64,000 nt of DNA from the NCBI GenBank assembly GCA_037138355.1, contig JBAXIL010000003.1:1-64000 (forward strand), read 5' to 3'. The position numbers were made by a program, and so were the translations under genes. The stretch is from a bacterium. Its GTDB lineage: Bacteria; Oederibacteriota; PGYV01; Palsa-1178. Below are positions 1 through 10,417 of the stretch, piece by piece (position 1 is the first letter of the stretch; each line of letters begins with the position of its first letter). Below the pieces are notes generated by a model. That model saw only the letters and a program-made list of their open reading frames with translations, did no database searches and had not been told where the DNA came from.

Positions 1-26
1 TGTCACTGTTTTATCTCTATTTATCC

Positions 27-55
27 TTGACACTTCCTCCCTTTTCGCCTATAAT
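27..55 (+). promoter_or_regulatory. sigma70-type promoter of rpmH operon
   Basis: TTGACA (27-32), 17-bp spacer, TATAAT (50-55): perfect consensus upstream of rpmH. Confidence 0.9.
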
Positions 56-109
56 TATGGTCGATTTTTAAAAAAATCATATAAAACTCAATGAAAATGG
101 AGAAAAACA

Positions 110-253
110 ATGCCAAAAAGGACTTTTCAACCTAATAGAAGAAAAGCAAAAAAGAAACACGGCTTTAGAAAAAGGATGTTAACAAAAAACGGCAGAAGAG
201 TAATCAATGCCAGACGCCGTAAGGGCCGTAAAGCTTTAACAAGACCAAAATAG
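110..253 (+). CDS. rpmH: 50S ribosomal protein L34 (not in ORF track)
   Basis: Hand translation [54 protein letters not shown], upstream of rnpA. Confidence 0.98.
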   Translation: MPKRTFQPNRRKAKKKHGFRKRMLTKNGRRVINARRRKGRKALTRPK

Positions 254-256
254 GAC

Positions 257-310
257 AAGTTTAAAATTTAAATTTGAAAGTTAAACTTACACTATAAACT
301 ACTTATAAAC
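257..310. repeat. 7-nt-periodic imperfect inverted repeat, copy A
   Basis: AAGTTTA AAATTTA AATTTGA ... TAAACTT ... TAAACTA in the rpmH-rnpA spacer. Confidence 0.45.
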
Positions 311-660
311 ATGGGGTTACATACATCGGACGCCAGACTCCCAAGACAAAAGACATTAAGTTTATTCTTAAAAACGGAATCAAAGAAGGTAATACTTTTT
401 TTTCTGTTTATTTGATAAAACCCGTGGATTCAAAAACAGGCTTTTTTGTAGCCAATATCGCAAAAAAATCTATAAAACTTAGTGTCGACCGCAACAGATA
501 TAAACGCTGGATACGGGCGGCTTATCACAATAATAAAAGCACTCTCGCAAATTATAGTGTTTTGATTATGCCAAGACGAGGAATGCCTGCCTTAAAATCT
601 TTTGCAGAGATTAATGCAAACCTTTTTAGACTTTTTGAAAGTGCAAGGAAGAGGCTATAA
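311..660 (+). CDS. rnpA: Ribonuclease P protein component; start uncertain, apparent frameshift near 340
   Basis: RNR motif SVDRNRYKRWIR and position after rpmH. The frame is open from 298 but has no ATG; the ATG at 311 is in another frame. Confidence 0.85.
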
Positions 661-870
661 TTGAGGAAACTACTAATGGCTATGATAACACTTTACAAAA
701 AAGGTATTTCACCTTACCTGCCGCAAACATGTAGGTTTAGTCCTACTTGCTCAGAGTATAGTTTACAAGCAATAGAAAAATATGGTTCTTTAAAAGGTGG
801 ATTTATGGCAATAAAAAGGATACTACGCTGTAACCCATGGAGTAAAGGCGGATTTGACCCTTTGCTTTAG
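661..870 (+). CDS. yidD: Membrane protein insertion efficiency factor
   Basis: CRFSPTCSEY and RILRCNPW..GGFDP motifs; synteny. Confidence 0.97.
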   Translation: MRKLLMAMITLYKKGISPYLPQTCRFSPTCSEYSLQAIEKYGSLKGGFMAIKRILRCNPWSKGGFDPLL

Positions 871-891
871 TTGTCAAAGACAGCTAAAAAC

Positions 892-964
892 AATTTGAAG
901 TTTTTAGTTATAAGATAAATCAAAAGAATTAGTTTTTGTATCTTAAAACTCAAAACTTAAAATT
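892..964. repeat. 7-nt-periodic imperfect inverted repeat, copy B
   Basis: AATTTGA AGTTTTT AGTTATA AGATA ... TATCT TAAAACT CAAAACT TAAAATT; 26-bp arms with 3 mismatches. Confidence 0.75.
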
Positions 965-998
965 TTTGTTATTCTAATTTATTAGGAGGTTTTTTTTT

Positions 999-2648
999 AT
1001 GAACAACGATTCTAAAAAGCTTATAGTATTTGTATTAATATCTGGATCCATACTTTTTGGTTTTAATTATTTTTATGGGCCTAAACCAAAAGCTCCTGAC
1101 GCCACAGCAGTTGCGTCCCAAGCTGCAACAGTTCAGGGGACTTCTGGTATTCAAACAAGCAATTCAACAACTTTAACTAATGACCACAAGAAATCCTCTA
1201 CTATAGGGTCAACAAAAGAAAAATTGTTTAAAATAGAAAACAACCTTGCTATCGTTTCTTTTTCAAACATTGGCGGCTCTCTTTCAAGTTTTAAACTCAA
1301 AAAATATAATGATATGAAAAACGGAAAAGATGAACAATTAGAAATGCTTCCAGCCAGATCAGTTGCCACCTATTTAAGTCTTTATACTACTGGAACAAAC
1401 CTTGTTGACTCCGCATGGGTAAATGAAGGTATAACATCCAATAACGGCACACAAACCATATCTTTTTCAAAACAATTAAAACCAGGTATTAAAATAGTAA
1501 AAGAATTTTCCATACCTGAAGACTCTTACACAATCAATACAAAATTAAAATTTATCAATAAGTCTTCTACTCCTTATGCTTTTAAGGATATGCAGTATTC
1601 CTGGGGCCCTAATGTACACTACCTTCCTGGGGAATTAACTCGTATAAAAAGCGGTGTGGGTGGTGGTTTTAATAAAGTTGTGTATAAGTTTGATAAAACA
1701 TTTAAACAACTTACAACTAATTTAAAAAGTAAAGAAAATAAAATAATTGCACTTGAAGCAATTCCTGATTGGATTGCTGTCAAAGATCTTTACTTTACTT
1801 CAGCTTTAAAACCTTTATTGAAAGTAGACATCAAAAATACAGTAATAAAGGACGAAGCAGGTGGTTTTGTTTATCTTGGTATGAACCTTCGCGATATGCT
1901 TGTAAGCCCAGGTGCTACAGAAACTATTGCCATTGATTCATACATAGGTCCTGCAGAGTTTCATAGATTAAAAAAACTTGGTATGGACAAAATAGTAGAT
2001 TTAGGTGGCATTAGATTTTTAGGTGTATGGATGTTTTACGGACTTGATTATATCTATACAGTCACTAAAAATTATGGTATTGCCATACTGCTTTTAACTT
2101 TCTTGATTCGACTTATTCTATGGATTCCATCCAACTCCAGTTTTAAACAAATGAAGGAAACACAATCAAAAATGGCTGTCATAAAGCCTCGCATGGAAAC
2201 CTTGAAAAAAATATATAAAGATGATGCCCAAAAATTAAACGAAGAAACCATGAAACTATATCAGGAATACAAGATAAATCCTTTTGGCGGTTGTCTGCCT
2301 ATGCTCTTGCAGCTTCCTATATTCATCGCGCTTTATGGTACCTTAATCAATGTTGTGGAATTAAAAGGGGCTAAGTTTGCACTTTGGATTACCGATTTAT
2401 CACAACCTGACAAGTTCTTTATTCTTCCTGTTTTCATGGGAATAACTATGCTAATTCAACAAAAAATGTCAGCACAACCTTCTATGGATGGTCAGAGCGA
2501 TGCTTCACAAAAAATACTTTTATATGGTATGCCTGTATTTTTAACTTATATGTCATTTTCATGGCCAGCAGGTCTTATGCTTTACTGGAGTATATCCAAT
2601 GTGCTTGGTATAGCCCAACAAATGCTGGTAAACAGGTCTAAAAAATAA
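999..2648 (+). CDS. yidC: Membrane protein insertase YidC (with large periplasmic domain)
   Basis: NYGIAILLLTFLIR, NPFGGCLPMLLQLPIF, PAGLMLYW motifs; AGGAGG RBS. Confidence 0.98.
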   Translation: MNNDSKKLIVFVLISGSILFGFNYFYGPKPKAPDATAVASQAATVQGTSGIQTSNSTTLTNDHKKSSTIGSTKEKLFKIENNLAIVSFSNIGGSLSSFKLKKYNDMKNGKDEQLEMLPARSVATYLSLYTTGTNLVDSAWVNEGITSNNGTQTISFSKQLKPGIKIVKEFSIPEDSYTINTKLKFINKSSTPYAFKDMQYSWGPNVHYLPGELTRIKSGVGGGFNKVVYKFDKTFKQLTTNLKSKENKIIALEAIPDWIAVKDLYFTSALKPLLKVDIKNTVIKDEAGGFVYLGMNLRDMLVSPGATETIAIDSYIGPAEFHRLKKLGMDKIVDLGGIRFLGVWMFYGLDYIYTVTKNYGIAILLLTFLIRLILWIPSNSSFKQMKETQSKMAVIKPRMETLKKIYKDDAQKLNEETMKLYQEYKINPFGGCLPMLLQLPIFIALYGTLINVVELKGAKFALWITDLSQPDKFFILPVFMGITMLIQQKMSAQPSMDGQSDASQKILLYGMPVFLTYMSFSWPAGLMLYWSISNVLGIAQQMLVNRSKK

Positions 2649-2729
2649 TCAATAACTAAAAGTCCAAAACGCAAATATTGCATTTCAGTATGGGGTTTAA
2701 GCTATTAGTTTAATAGCTCGGAGGTTTTA

Positions 2730-3380
2730 ATGAGTAGCGTAAAAAAAACAGCCGCGACGATTTCTTCTGCGGTTAAAGAATATTTGGATGAAACAAAAGC
2801 TTCTCTTGAATCAGTTTCCCTAAATCTTATATGTGAAAAAATATATACAGACAAAAAAGAATACACTATCGAATGCAGTGTTAGACCAATTTCAACAAAC
2901 GCTTTTAAACCCACGATAATATCCGACAGCGATATTACTTATGCCGTAGAAATAGTCACAAAATTATTAACTCTTATGCGCTTTATTGGATTTAAAATAG
3001 CGATAATAAAACAGAAAGATGCCGTTATACTGTCGGTAGAAACTTCTGGCAAAGATGGACTTTTAATAGGAAAAAATGGTCAGAATATTGTGGCCTTACA
3101 ATATCTTCTGTCTTCTATCCTTGACAAAAATCTACGAAGACACACACAGATAATAATAGATGTAGATTCCTACATAGACAAGCGAGCCTCTTACCTTAAA
3201 AGTTTAGTAAAAACTATGGTCGAGAAAACCCTCATTTTGGAATCAGAAACAATAACTGAACTCCTCCCTTCCTATGAAAGAAAACTTATTCATGAAGAGT
3301 GCAAAGACTTAGATAATATTAAAACTTTTTCATTAGGCAGAGGTTCCTATAAAAAATTAGTTATAACATCCCTTTTATGA
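2730..3380 (+). CDS. jag: Jag/KhpB RNA-binding protein (KH + R3H)
   Basis: LIGKNGQNIVALQYL KH motif, ERKLIH R3H motif, between yidC and mnmE. Confidence 0.9.
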   Translation: MSSVKKTAATISSAVKEYLDETKASLESVSLNLICEKIYTDKKEYTIECSVRPISTNAFKPTIISDSDITYAVEIVTKLLTLMRFIGFKIAIIKQKDAVILSVETSGKDGLLIGKNGQNIVALQYLLSSILDKNLRRHTQIIIDVDSYIDKRASYLKSLVKTMVEKTLILESETITELLPSYERKLIHEECKDLDNIKTFSLGRGSYKKLVITSLL

Positions 3381-4765
3381 AAGTAAAAAATTTAACAATA
3401 GCTGCAATAGCAACAGGTCTATCGCGTTCTCCTATAGGTATCATTCGTATATCTGGATCAAATACTTTTGAAATAATAGCAAAAATTTTTAGTTTTAAAA
3501 ATAAAAATAAAAATATAACTAATATTTCTAATGCTTCAATATCACTGGGTACCATTCATAATACTTCAAATATTATTGATGAAGCTTTGCTCTCAATTTT
3601 TAAATCCCCTGATTCATATACCGGAGAAGACATGGCAGAACTTTCTTGCCACGGCAATCCCTTAATAATGCGTAAAATAATGGAAACACTTATTATCAAC
3701 GGAGCAAACTTAGCCTTCCCTGGAGACTTTACAAGACGGGCTTTTTTAAATGGAAAAATGGATCTTACAAAAGCTGAAGCAGTTTCAGATATAGTTTCAG
3801 CACGCACTGAGGCAGCACTTAAAATTTCAGTAAACCAGCTCTTTGGAGCAGAAAAAATAGTGATAGAAGACTTGCGCAACGGGATTATTGAACTTCTCGC
3901 AATGCTTGAAGCGGATATAGATTTTGAGCAAGACGATGTTACTTCAAATCTATTAGCTTTAACTTCAAGTTTTGAAGCAATAATAATTTCAATTACAAAC
4001 TTTATTAAAAGTGCAGAAAAAGGTTTATTAATAAAAGAAGGTGCAAAAGTTACCATTACAGGACGACCAAATGCAGGAAAATCAAGCTTGCTTAATGCTC
4101 TTACTGGCTTTAATCGTGCCATAGTAACTGACATTCCTGGTACAACCAGAGATACTATAGAAGAAACTATTATTATAGATAATATACCCGTGATATTAAC
4201 AGATACAGCAGGCATAAGACAAGCGAGCAATCCAATTGAAGAAGAAGGCATCAAAAGAGCCAAAGTAGCCATAGTAAGTGCAGATGTAGTAATTTTTACT
4301 ATGGATGTATCATCTCCAATTACTAACGAAGATAAACTATTATACGCAGAAATACTTAACAAACCACATATTATAGTGTTGAACAAGACCGACATGACAA
4401 AAGCTTTTGATGCTACCTCTTTGACAAGTATATTAAAAGCAGAAGCTCCAATCATAAGTGTATCAGCACTAAAAAACGAGAACATAAATAACTTAACAAA
4501 AACCATAAAAGCTATTATAATTAAATCAAAAGATTTAAATGACGAAAACGAACCAGCTATATCAGCACTTCGACATAAGACAGCTTTAGATTCAGCGTTA
4601 AAAGATATAGCAGAGGGTTTGCTTTGCATAAACAACAACTCAAGTTATGAGACAGCCGCCGAACACGTAAAAGCAGCCGCAGCTTCAGTGTCATTAATAA
4701 CAGGAGAAATAGCTACAGAAGATGTTTTGGATAAAATATTTTCAAATTTTTGTATAGGAAAGTGA
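3377..4765 (+). CDS. mnmE: tRNA modification GTPase MnmE
   Basis: GRPNAGKSS, GTTRD, DTAG, NKTD and C-terminal FCIGK. Confidence 0.98.
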   Translation: MKVKNLTIAAIATGLSRSPIGIIRISGSNTFEIIAKIFSFKNKNKNITNISNASISLGTIHNTSNIIDEALLSIFKSPDSYTGEDMAELSCHGNPLIMRKIMETLIINGANLAFPGDFTRRAFLNGKMDLTKAEAVSDIVSARTEAALKISVNQLFGAEKIVIEDLRNGIIELLAMLEADIDFEQDDVTSNLLALTSSFEAIIISITNFIKSAEKGLLIKEGAKVTITGRPNAGKSSLLNALTGFNRAIVTDIPGTTRDTIEETIIIDNIPVILTDTAGIRQASNPIEEEGIKRAKVAIVSADVVIFTMDVSSPITNEDKLLYAEILNKPHIIVLNKTDMTKAFDATSLTSILKAEAPIISVSALKNENINNLTKTIKAIIIKSKDLNDENEPAISALRHKTALDSALKDIAEGLLCINNNSSYETAAEHVKAAAASVSLITGEIATEDVLDKIFSNFCIGK

Positions 4766-4768
4766 TGA

Positions 4769-5290
4769 ATGAAAAATAAAACAATATGGCTTTTTTTAAT
4801 AATAATATGTGCTTTTATATTCGCATTTATTTTTTTAATATTCAAGAAGACTAATCCATCTTATAATATTATAAAAACAGGATCTGCTTATAGTGATTTT
4901 ATTATAGGTATGAAAGATAACACCGTTTATAAACTTCGAGATATAGTTGGCAAGCGCTTTGCAGTATTGACTTTTCTTGACAGTTCAGAAGCATCCAGCA
5001 AATTAAGTGAATTAGTCGCTAATAATATTTCTGCTATTACTTTAACGAAACCAAATTTATTTTGGTTAAATATAACAAAAGACCAAGATCATGCAGAAAT
5101 AAGTGAGCTTACCTCTATTTTAAAAATACGATATAGAACACTTTACTCAAATATTCCTAAGGAATACTTTTTCCAATCAAACCCAGTTGTTTTAATTATT
5201 GATTCTAAAGGTATCATACAATACATATATATTGGATATTCCCCAACTATCATAAATGACATGCAAAACTGGCTCAGCGCTGCAAAATAG
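4769..5290 (+). CDS. Membrane-anchored thioredoxin-fold (TlpA/ResA-like) protein lacking CxxC
   Basis: N-terminal TM; LRDIVGKRFAVLTF and NPVVLIIDSKGIIQYIYIG resemble redoxin signatures. Confidence 0.55.
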   Translation: MKNKTIWLFLIIICAFIFAFIFLIFKKTNPSYNIIKTGSAYSDFIIGMKDNTVYKLRDIVGKRFAVLTFLDSSEASSKLSELVANNISAITLTKPNLFWLNITKDQDHAEISELTSILKIRYRTLYSNIPKEYFFQSNPVVLIIDSKGIIQYIYIGYSPTIINDMQNWLSAAK

Positions 5291-5309
5291 TAAAAATAAA
5301 TTAACTCCA

Positions 5310-7037
5310 TTATTTTCTTGAAGCGAGCCACTTACTTAACTGTTTTAATGTCATAGTGTTTAAAATATTTTCTGCCATGGCCCAACCTCGTCTGGCATTA
5401 CCTACACCATACTTCATATAATCAAGCTGTTCTTTAGTATGCGCATCTGTTCCTATGCATACTTTTACACCCATTTTTATTGCTTCTTTAATGCGTATAT
5501 CTATAAGATCAAGCCTTTCTGGATTGGCATTGATTTCTATTACAGTGCCAGTCTTCACAGCTTTCTTGAAAATCTCTTCATAATCCAGTTCATATGCGTC
5601 TCTATGATTAATAACCCTTCCGCTTATATGCCCTATTATTGTAAGATATTTATTATCCATGGCTTTAAGGAAGCGTTTTGTCATTTCCTGTCTCGTCAAA
5701 TTAAAATGACTATGTACTGAACCAATTACTAAATCCATTTTTTTTAAGATACTATCAGGATAATCAAGGGACCCATCTTCAAGTATGTCAACCTCGGTGC
5801 TTTTAAATATTTTAAATTTTTCATTATTTTCGTTTAATTTGTCTATTTCTTTTTCCTGTTTCAAAATAGCTTCTGGTTTTAAACCACGAGCAACTATTAG
5901 AGATTGTGAATGGTCTGTAATTGAAATATATTCATACCCATGTTTCATGGCTTTTGCAGCCATATTTTCTATAGTATCATGACCATCTGAATATAATGAA
6001 TGACAATGCATATCCCCTTTTATGTCTTTTAATTCCAAAAGCTTGGGTATTTTATTTTCAATAGCCATAATAATTTCATCCGAACCTTCCCTAAGTTCAG
6101 GAGGGATATATTGAAGTCCTAATTCATTGTAAACTTCCTCTTCTGTAGTACCCGCTATAAGCTTTTCCGTTTTTGCATTATATAATCCATATTCATTTAA
6201 CTTAAATCCCGCCTTTACTGCAATTTCTCTCATTAACACATTATGTTCCTTACAACCTGTGAAATACTGTACTGCAGCACCATAGGACTCTATATCTACA
6301 AGCCGTAAATCCACCTGTATGCCATATACTGTATATATAGAAGCTTTCGTTGGTCCTTTTGATATTACCGAACTTACATCTTTCAATGAGCAAAATGTGT
6401 CCATTATGGACTTATCAGTTGAGACAACAAGTATGTCTATGTCTCCAACTGTTTCTTTCATTCGCCTAATAGAGCCAGCCATTTCTATTTTTATTATTTT
6501 ATGTTTTGCTTTTAATTCCTCTATAATAGCCTCTGCTATAGGATATACATAACCGAGCAGTTTTCTTTGATGTCCTCTTTTATGAATTTCAATACCTTTC
6601 AATATTTTTTCTTCAGTTTTTTCCCCAAACCCTTTTAGATCCTTCAGCTTATGTTCTTTTAATGCTTCTTCAAGTTCTTCAACACTTCTTACCTTTAATG
6701 TGTCTGCCACAAAAAAAGCTGTTTTAGGACCCATACCAGGAATTTTTAGGAATTGTTCTACACCAAGAGGAAGACCATTTTTTAGTTCATCTAAATATTT
6801 TAATTTTCCAGTATCTAATAATTCTGCTATTTTCATACCAATACCCTCTCCCAAATTTGGAACTAAGGTTAAACCTTTTAAGCCATCTTTTTTATATATA
6901 TCTTCCAACTCATGTTCATATCCTGATAAAAACTGAGCTAATTTTACATATGCTCGTATTTTAAATTTATTATCATTTTTGATTTCAAGCAGTTCAGATA
7001 TTTGATGTAAAACTTCTATAATACTGCGGTTTGTCAT
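5310..7037 (-). CDS. polX: DNA polymerase/3'-5' exonuclease PolX (PolX + PHP)
   Basis: [31 protein letters not shown] motifs HCHS.YSDG, TDHS, TDAH. Confidence 0.97.
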   Translation of the reverse strand: MTNRSIIEVLHQISELLEIKNDNKFKIRAYVKLAQFLSGYEHELEDIYKKDGLKGLTLVPNLGEGIGMKIAELLDTGKLKYLDELKNGLPLGVEQFLKIPGMGPKTAFFVADTLKVRSVEELEEALKEHKLKDLKGFGEKTEEKILKGIEIHKRGHQRKLLGYVYPIAEAIIEELKAKHKIIKIEMAGSIRRMKETVGDIDILVVSTDKSIMDTFCSLKDVSSVISKGPTKASIYTVYGIQVDLRLVDIESYGAAVQYFTGCKEHNVLMREIAVKAGFKLNEYGLYNAKTEKLIAGTTEEEVYNELGLQYIPPELREGSDEIIMAIENKIPKLLELKDIKGDMHCHSLYSDGHDTIENMAAKAMKHGYEYISITDHSQSLIVARGLKPEAILKQEKEIDKLNENNEKFKIFKSTEVDILEDGSLDYPDSILKKMDLVIGSVHSHFNLTRQEMTKRFLKAMDNKYLTIIGHISGRVINHRDAYELDYEEIFKKAVKTGTVIEINANPERLDLIDIRIKEAIKMGVKVCIGTDAHTKEQLDYMKYGVGNARRGWAMAENILNTMTLKQLSKWLASRK

Positions 7038-7158
7038 GGAAGCATCCTTTAGAATTTTTGCTTATCATTACGAAATCAAGTTTTTCAGCGGTGAAATCTT
7101 TTTTCTGTGACAGCCTACATTATAATACCTTACTCACAAAAATCATTACCTAAATCTA

Positions 7159-8259
7159 CTATTTGTATATGAAAAGGTTATCCCTATTAATTACTTCTTC
7201 ATAAAATAAATCACCAAGGACTTTTTTTATATCAATATTTTTTTTGCCCTTTATAGAAACTATGTCAGCAGAAGAATAGTTTGTTATGCCCTTACCTATT
7301 TTATTTCCGTCCTCATCTATTATTTCAACAGCATCACCAAAATTAAATTCACCTGCAACAGATTTAATCCCAACAGCAAGCAAACTTTTTCCAGAACTCA
7401 AAAGCGCTGTTTTTGCTCCTTCATCTACTTTAATTTTACCTTTTTCTTTTAAGGACATAAGTATATATGTTTTTTTTGAACCTAATTTAATATTTTTATT
7501 ACTTACTATTGTTCCTCCATTTTTTCCAGAAACAATTTGTTCTATAATCCCATCACTATTGCCATTGGCAATTGCAAGCGGTATCCCGACATAATTAAGC
7601 TTTCTGGCAGCTTCGAGTTTAGTAATCATGCCACCAGTACCCATACTGGTTTTGCCCTTAGTATCTATTTTTTTTATTGCCTCATTAATATCTGTTATTT
7701 CTTTTATTATTTTTGCATCAACATGCGTATCTGGATTCTTGTCGTAAATACCATCAACTGAAGTAAGTATGATAACCATATCAGCTGAAACCAAACTACC
7801 TACAATTCCTGCCAAAGTATCATTATCACCAAATTTTATTTCTTCAGTCGCCACTGTATCATTCTCATTTATTATTGGTATTACTTTCCACTCCAAAAGC
7901 TTATTTAAGGTGTTTCTTGCATTTGCATTTTTAGTCTTATTTTTTATATCATCATGGCCGAGCAATACCTGGGCTACTGATATTGAATTTAAGCTGAAAG
8001 CTGTTTCATAAACCTGCATTAACATTATCTGCCCTATAGCTGCCACAGCCTGCTTTTCAGAAATAGCAGTAGGTTTCTTATCCATTCCAAGCTTCTTAAC
8101 ACCCATTCCGATTGCACCAGAAGAGACAAGTATTATTTCCTTTCCTTTGGCATGAAGACTTGAAAGCTGATCAACCAAAGACTTCATAAAAACCTTCTTA
8201 ATGCCTTTTCCGTCTGTTAGCAGATTAGTGCCTACTTTTATTACGATTCTTTTGTACAT
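7159..8259 (-). CDS. proB: Glutamate 5-kinase with PUA domain
   Basis: IKVGT, VSSGA, NENDTV, FGDNDTL, GTGGMITK; follows obg. Confidence 0.97.
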   Translation of the reverse strand: MYKRIVIKVGTNLLTDGKGIKKVFMKSLVDQLSSLHAKGKEIILVSSGAIGMGVKKLGMDKKPTAISEKQAVAAIGQIMLMQVYETAFSLNSISVAQVLLGHDDIKNKTKNANARNTLNKLLEWKVIPIINENDTVATEEIKFGDNDTLAGIVGSLVSADMVIILTSVDGIYDKNPDTHVDAKIIKEITDINEAIKKIDTKGKTSMGTGGMITKLEAARKLNYVGIPLAIANGNSDGIIEQIVSGKNGGTIVSNKNIKLGSKKTYILMSLKEKGKIKVDEGAKTALLSSGKSLLAVGIKSVAGEFNFGDAVEIIDEDGNKIGKGITNYSSADIVSIKGKKNIDIKKVLGDLFYEEVINRDNLFIYK

Positions 8260-8315
8260 AACCGCTCCAATTCAGCAAATTGCCTTTAACTTGGCTTTGA
8301 GCTATGATTTATTTC

Positions 8316-9569
8316 CTAACCTTCCTCATAAATAAACTCTTTTTCACCTATCACAATCGTATCTCCTACTTGAACGCCATTTTTCTTAAAAAAATCATTC
8401 AAGCCCTCTTTTTCAAGATACCTTCTAAAAACTAAAAAAGTTTCATTAGATTCAAAATCAAGCATAGCCACATATCTTTCCACTCTTTTATTTCTTAATA
8501 TATATACACCTTCTTCATATTTTTCCATTATTAACTTATCTATTACTTCTGGTATTGGCTGAGCCTTTTCCTCTGGTAGCGGTTTTAGCTGCTTGAAAAG
8601 CTTGTATGCTTTATGCAGTATCTTATCTAAACCCTGACTGTCTTTCGCAGAAATAAAATCTATTTCAATTTTCTTTTTCTTAAAATCAGCCTTTATATCT
8701 TTTATTTCCTTTGCACTTAGTAGTTCTGTTTTATTAATAACTACTATTTGTGGTCTTTTTATAAGCTTCTTATCATATGCTTTTAATTCATTATTTATCA
8801 TTTTATAATTTTTGTAAGCATTTCCCTGTGTAGGATCTACCACATGTATATATAAACGCGTTCTTTCTATATGTCTTAAAAAATCAAATCCTAAACCACG
8901 ACCTTCAGATGCCCCTTCAATAAGTCCTGGAATATCTGCTACTACAAACGAATCCGTTTCTCCATATTTAACAATCCCAAGTACAGGTGTTAATGTGGTG
9001 AAAGGATAATCCGCAATCTTTGGGTGCGCATTTGAAATTTTTGATAGCAAAGTCGACTTACCTGCATTTGCCATACCTATAATTCCAATATCAGCCATAA
9101 TTTTAAGTTCTAAACTTATTTCTTTTTCTTCGGCTGGCTCACCTTTTTCATAAAACTTTGGAGCTTGTCTTGTGGATGTGCGAAAATGCCAATTTCCCCT
9201 TCCTCCGCGTCCACCTTTTGCAACAATAAATACTTCTTTATGTACTGTCATATCTTTTATTAACAATCCTGTTTTAGTATCCTTTATCATTGTTCCAAGC
9301 GGTACCTGTAAAACTATATCCTGCGCATTTCTGCCATGACTTCTGGAACCAAAACCCTTATCTCCTTCTTTAGCGTTGAACAATTTATTATTATGAAAAT
9401 CTATTAGTGTAGTTAAGTTCCTATCTGCTTCAAATATAATATGTCCACCTCTGCCACCATCCCCGCCATCAGGACCGCCTTTAGGTGTGAACTTTTCTTT
9501 GCGGAAAGTATTTGCACCATCTCCGCCTTTTCCTGATTTAATCTTTATCTTTACATGATCTATAAACAT
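8316..9569 (-). CDS. obgE: GTPase ObgE/CgtA with C-terminal OCT domain
   Basis: MFID, GGPDGGDGGRGG, NAGKST, DYPFTT, DIPG. Confidence 0.98.
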   Translation of the reverse strand: MFIDHVKIKIKSGKGGDGANTFRKEKFTPKGGPDGGDGGRGGHIIFEADRNLTTLIDFHNNKLFNAKEGDKGFGSRSHGRNAQDIVLQVPLGTMIKDTKTGLLIKDMTVHKEVFIVAKGGRGGRGNWHFRTSTRQAPKFYEKGEPAEEKEISLELKIMADIGIIGMANAGKSTLLSKISNAHPKIADYPFTTLTPVLGIVKYGETDSFVVADIPGLIEGASEGRGLGFDFLRHIERTRLYIHVVDPTQGNAYKNYKMINNELKAYDKKLIKRPQIVVINKTELLSAKEIKDIKADFKKKKIEIDFISAKDSQGLDKILHKAYKLFKQLKPLPEEKAQPIPEVIDKLIMEKYEEGVYILRNKRVERYVAMLDFESNETFLVFRRYLEKEGLNDFFKKNGVQVGDTIVIGEKEFIYEEG

Positions 9570-9614
9570 CAGCTTAGCTCCTTATTTTTAAAACATTATA
9601 CCATAAATACGAAC

Positions 9615-9645
9615 AAAAAAAAAGACGGGCCATAAGGCCCGTCTT
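9615..9645 (-). terminator. Intrinsic terminator after rpmA
   Basis: GACGGGCC/GGCCCGTC stem, 4-nt loop, long U tract on the minus strand. Confidence 0.85.
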
Positions 9646-9664
9646 ATTATTTAAAATTTGTAAT

Positions 9665-9919
9665 TTATGGTACTGGTACTACATTAACAAACTTGCCTTT
9701 TCCAGTTTTTTCAAACTTCACAATACCGTTAATTTTTGCAAAAAGCGTATGGTCTTTTCCCATTCCGACATTAAGTCCAGCTTTAATCTTTGTGCCACGC
9801 TGTCTCACAATGATAGAACCGCCAGTTACAAGATTCTCTCCGTATGCTTTTACTCCCAGCCTTTGACCGGCTGAATCTCTTCCATTTCTTGAACTTCCTT
9901 GTGCCTTCGTGTGTGCCAT
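9665..9919 (-). CDS. rpmA: 50S ribosomal protein L27
   Basis: [30 protein letters not shown]. Confidence 0.99.
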   Translation of the reverse strand: MAHTKAQGSSRNGRDSAGQRLGVKAYGENLVTGGSIIVRQRGTKIKAGLNVGMGKDHTLFAKINGIVKFEKTGKGKFVNVVPVP

Positions 9920-9941
9920 TTGAACTTCACCATCCTATAAT

Positions 9942-10253
9942 TTAAAGTTGTATTGATTTTACTTTTAAAACTGTAAATTTTCTTCTGTGTCCCATGCGTT
10001 TTTTGGAATTCTTTCTTCTTCTCCATTTAAAAACCATAAACTTCTCGCCTTTTACCTCTGCATCTAATACCTGACAAACTATCTTAACGTTCTCAAGTTT
10101 TGGCTTACCAATCTTGATCTCGCCTTCTGTGGCTATCAAAAGAACACTGTCAAAAGTGACTTCTTTGCCTACTCCGATAATCTGTTCTACTTTTACTACC
10201 TGTCCTTCCGACATCTTATACTGTTTACCACTGATTTCAACAACTGCGTACAT
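9942..10253 (-). CDS. rplU: 50S ribosomal protein L21
   Basis: MYAVVEISGKQYK ... GHRR; adjacent to rpmA. Confidence 0.98.
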   Translation of the reverse strand: MYAVVEISGKQYKMSEGQVVKVEQIIGVGKEVTFDSVLLIATEGEIKIGKPKLENVKIVCQVLDAEVKGEKFMVFKWRRRKNSKKRMGHRRKFTVLKVKSIQL

Positions 10254-10417
10254 TGTAAATCCTCCTTGGAAATAATTCCATATTACAGATTCAAATCTAA
10301 TATTCTTGAAATAGCAGATTGTTGACTATAGCTTGTAAACCATAATTTAAATATGTTATTCTGTTTACTTGCTACTATCTTCTTTCTACTCATCTCAAAA
10401 TTTTGCATTCAAAATTT

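Noticed and set aside
1..30. TTATCTCTA / TTATCCTTG as DnaA boxes (oriC)
   Set aside because: Three mismatches each to TTATCCACA, and one overlaps the -35; not enough to call an origin
3556..4638. 360-aa antisense ORF over mnmE
   Set aside because: Shadow of a well-conserved gene; no recognisable motifs
7066..7100. TCATTACGAA...GAAATCT as a remnant REP-like element before polX
   Set aside because: Single degenerate copy with no partner arm
10283..10393. 36-aa ORF between tRNA-Lys and rplU (minus strand)
   Set aside because: No convincing RBS and no recognisable sequence
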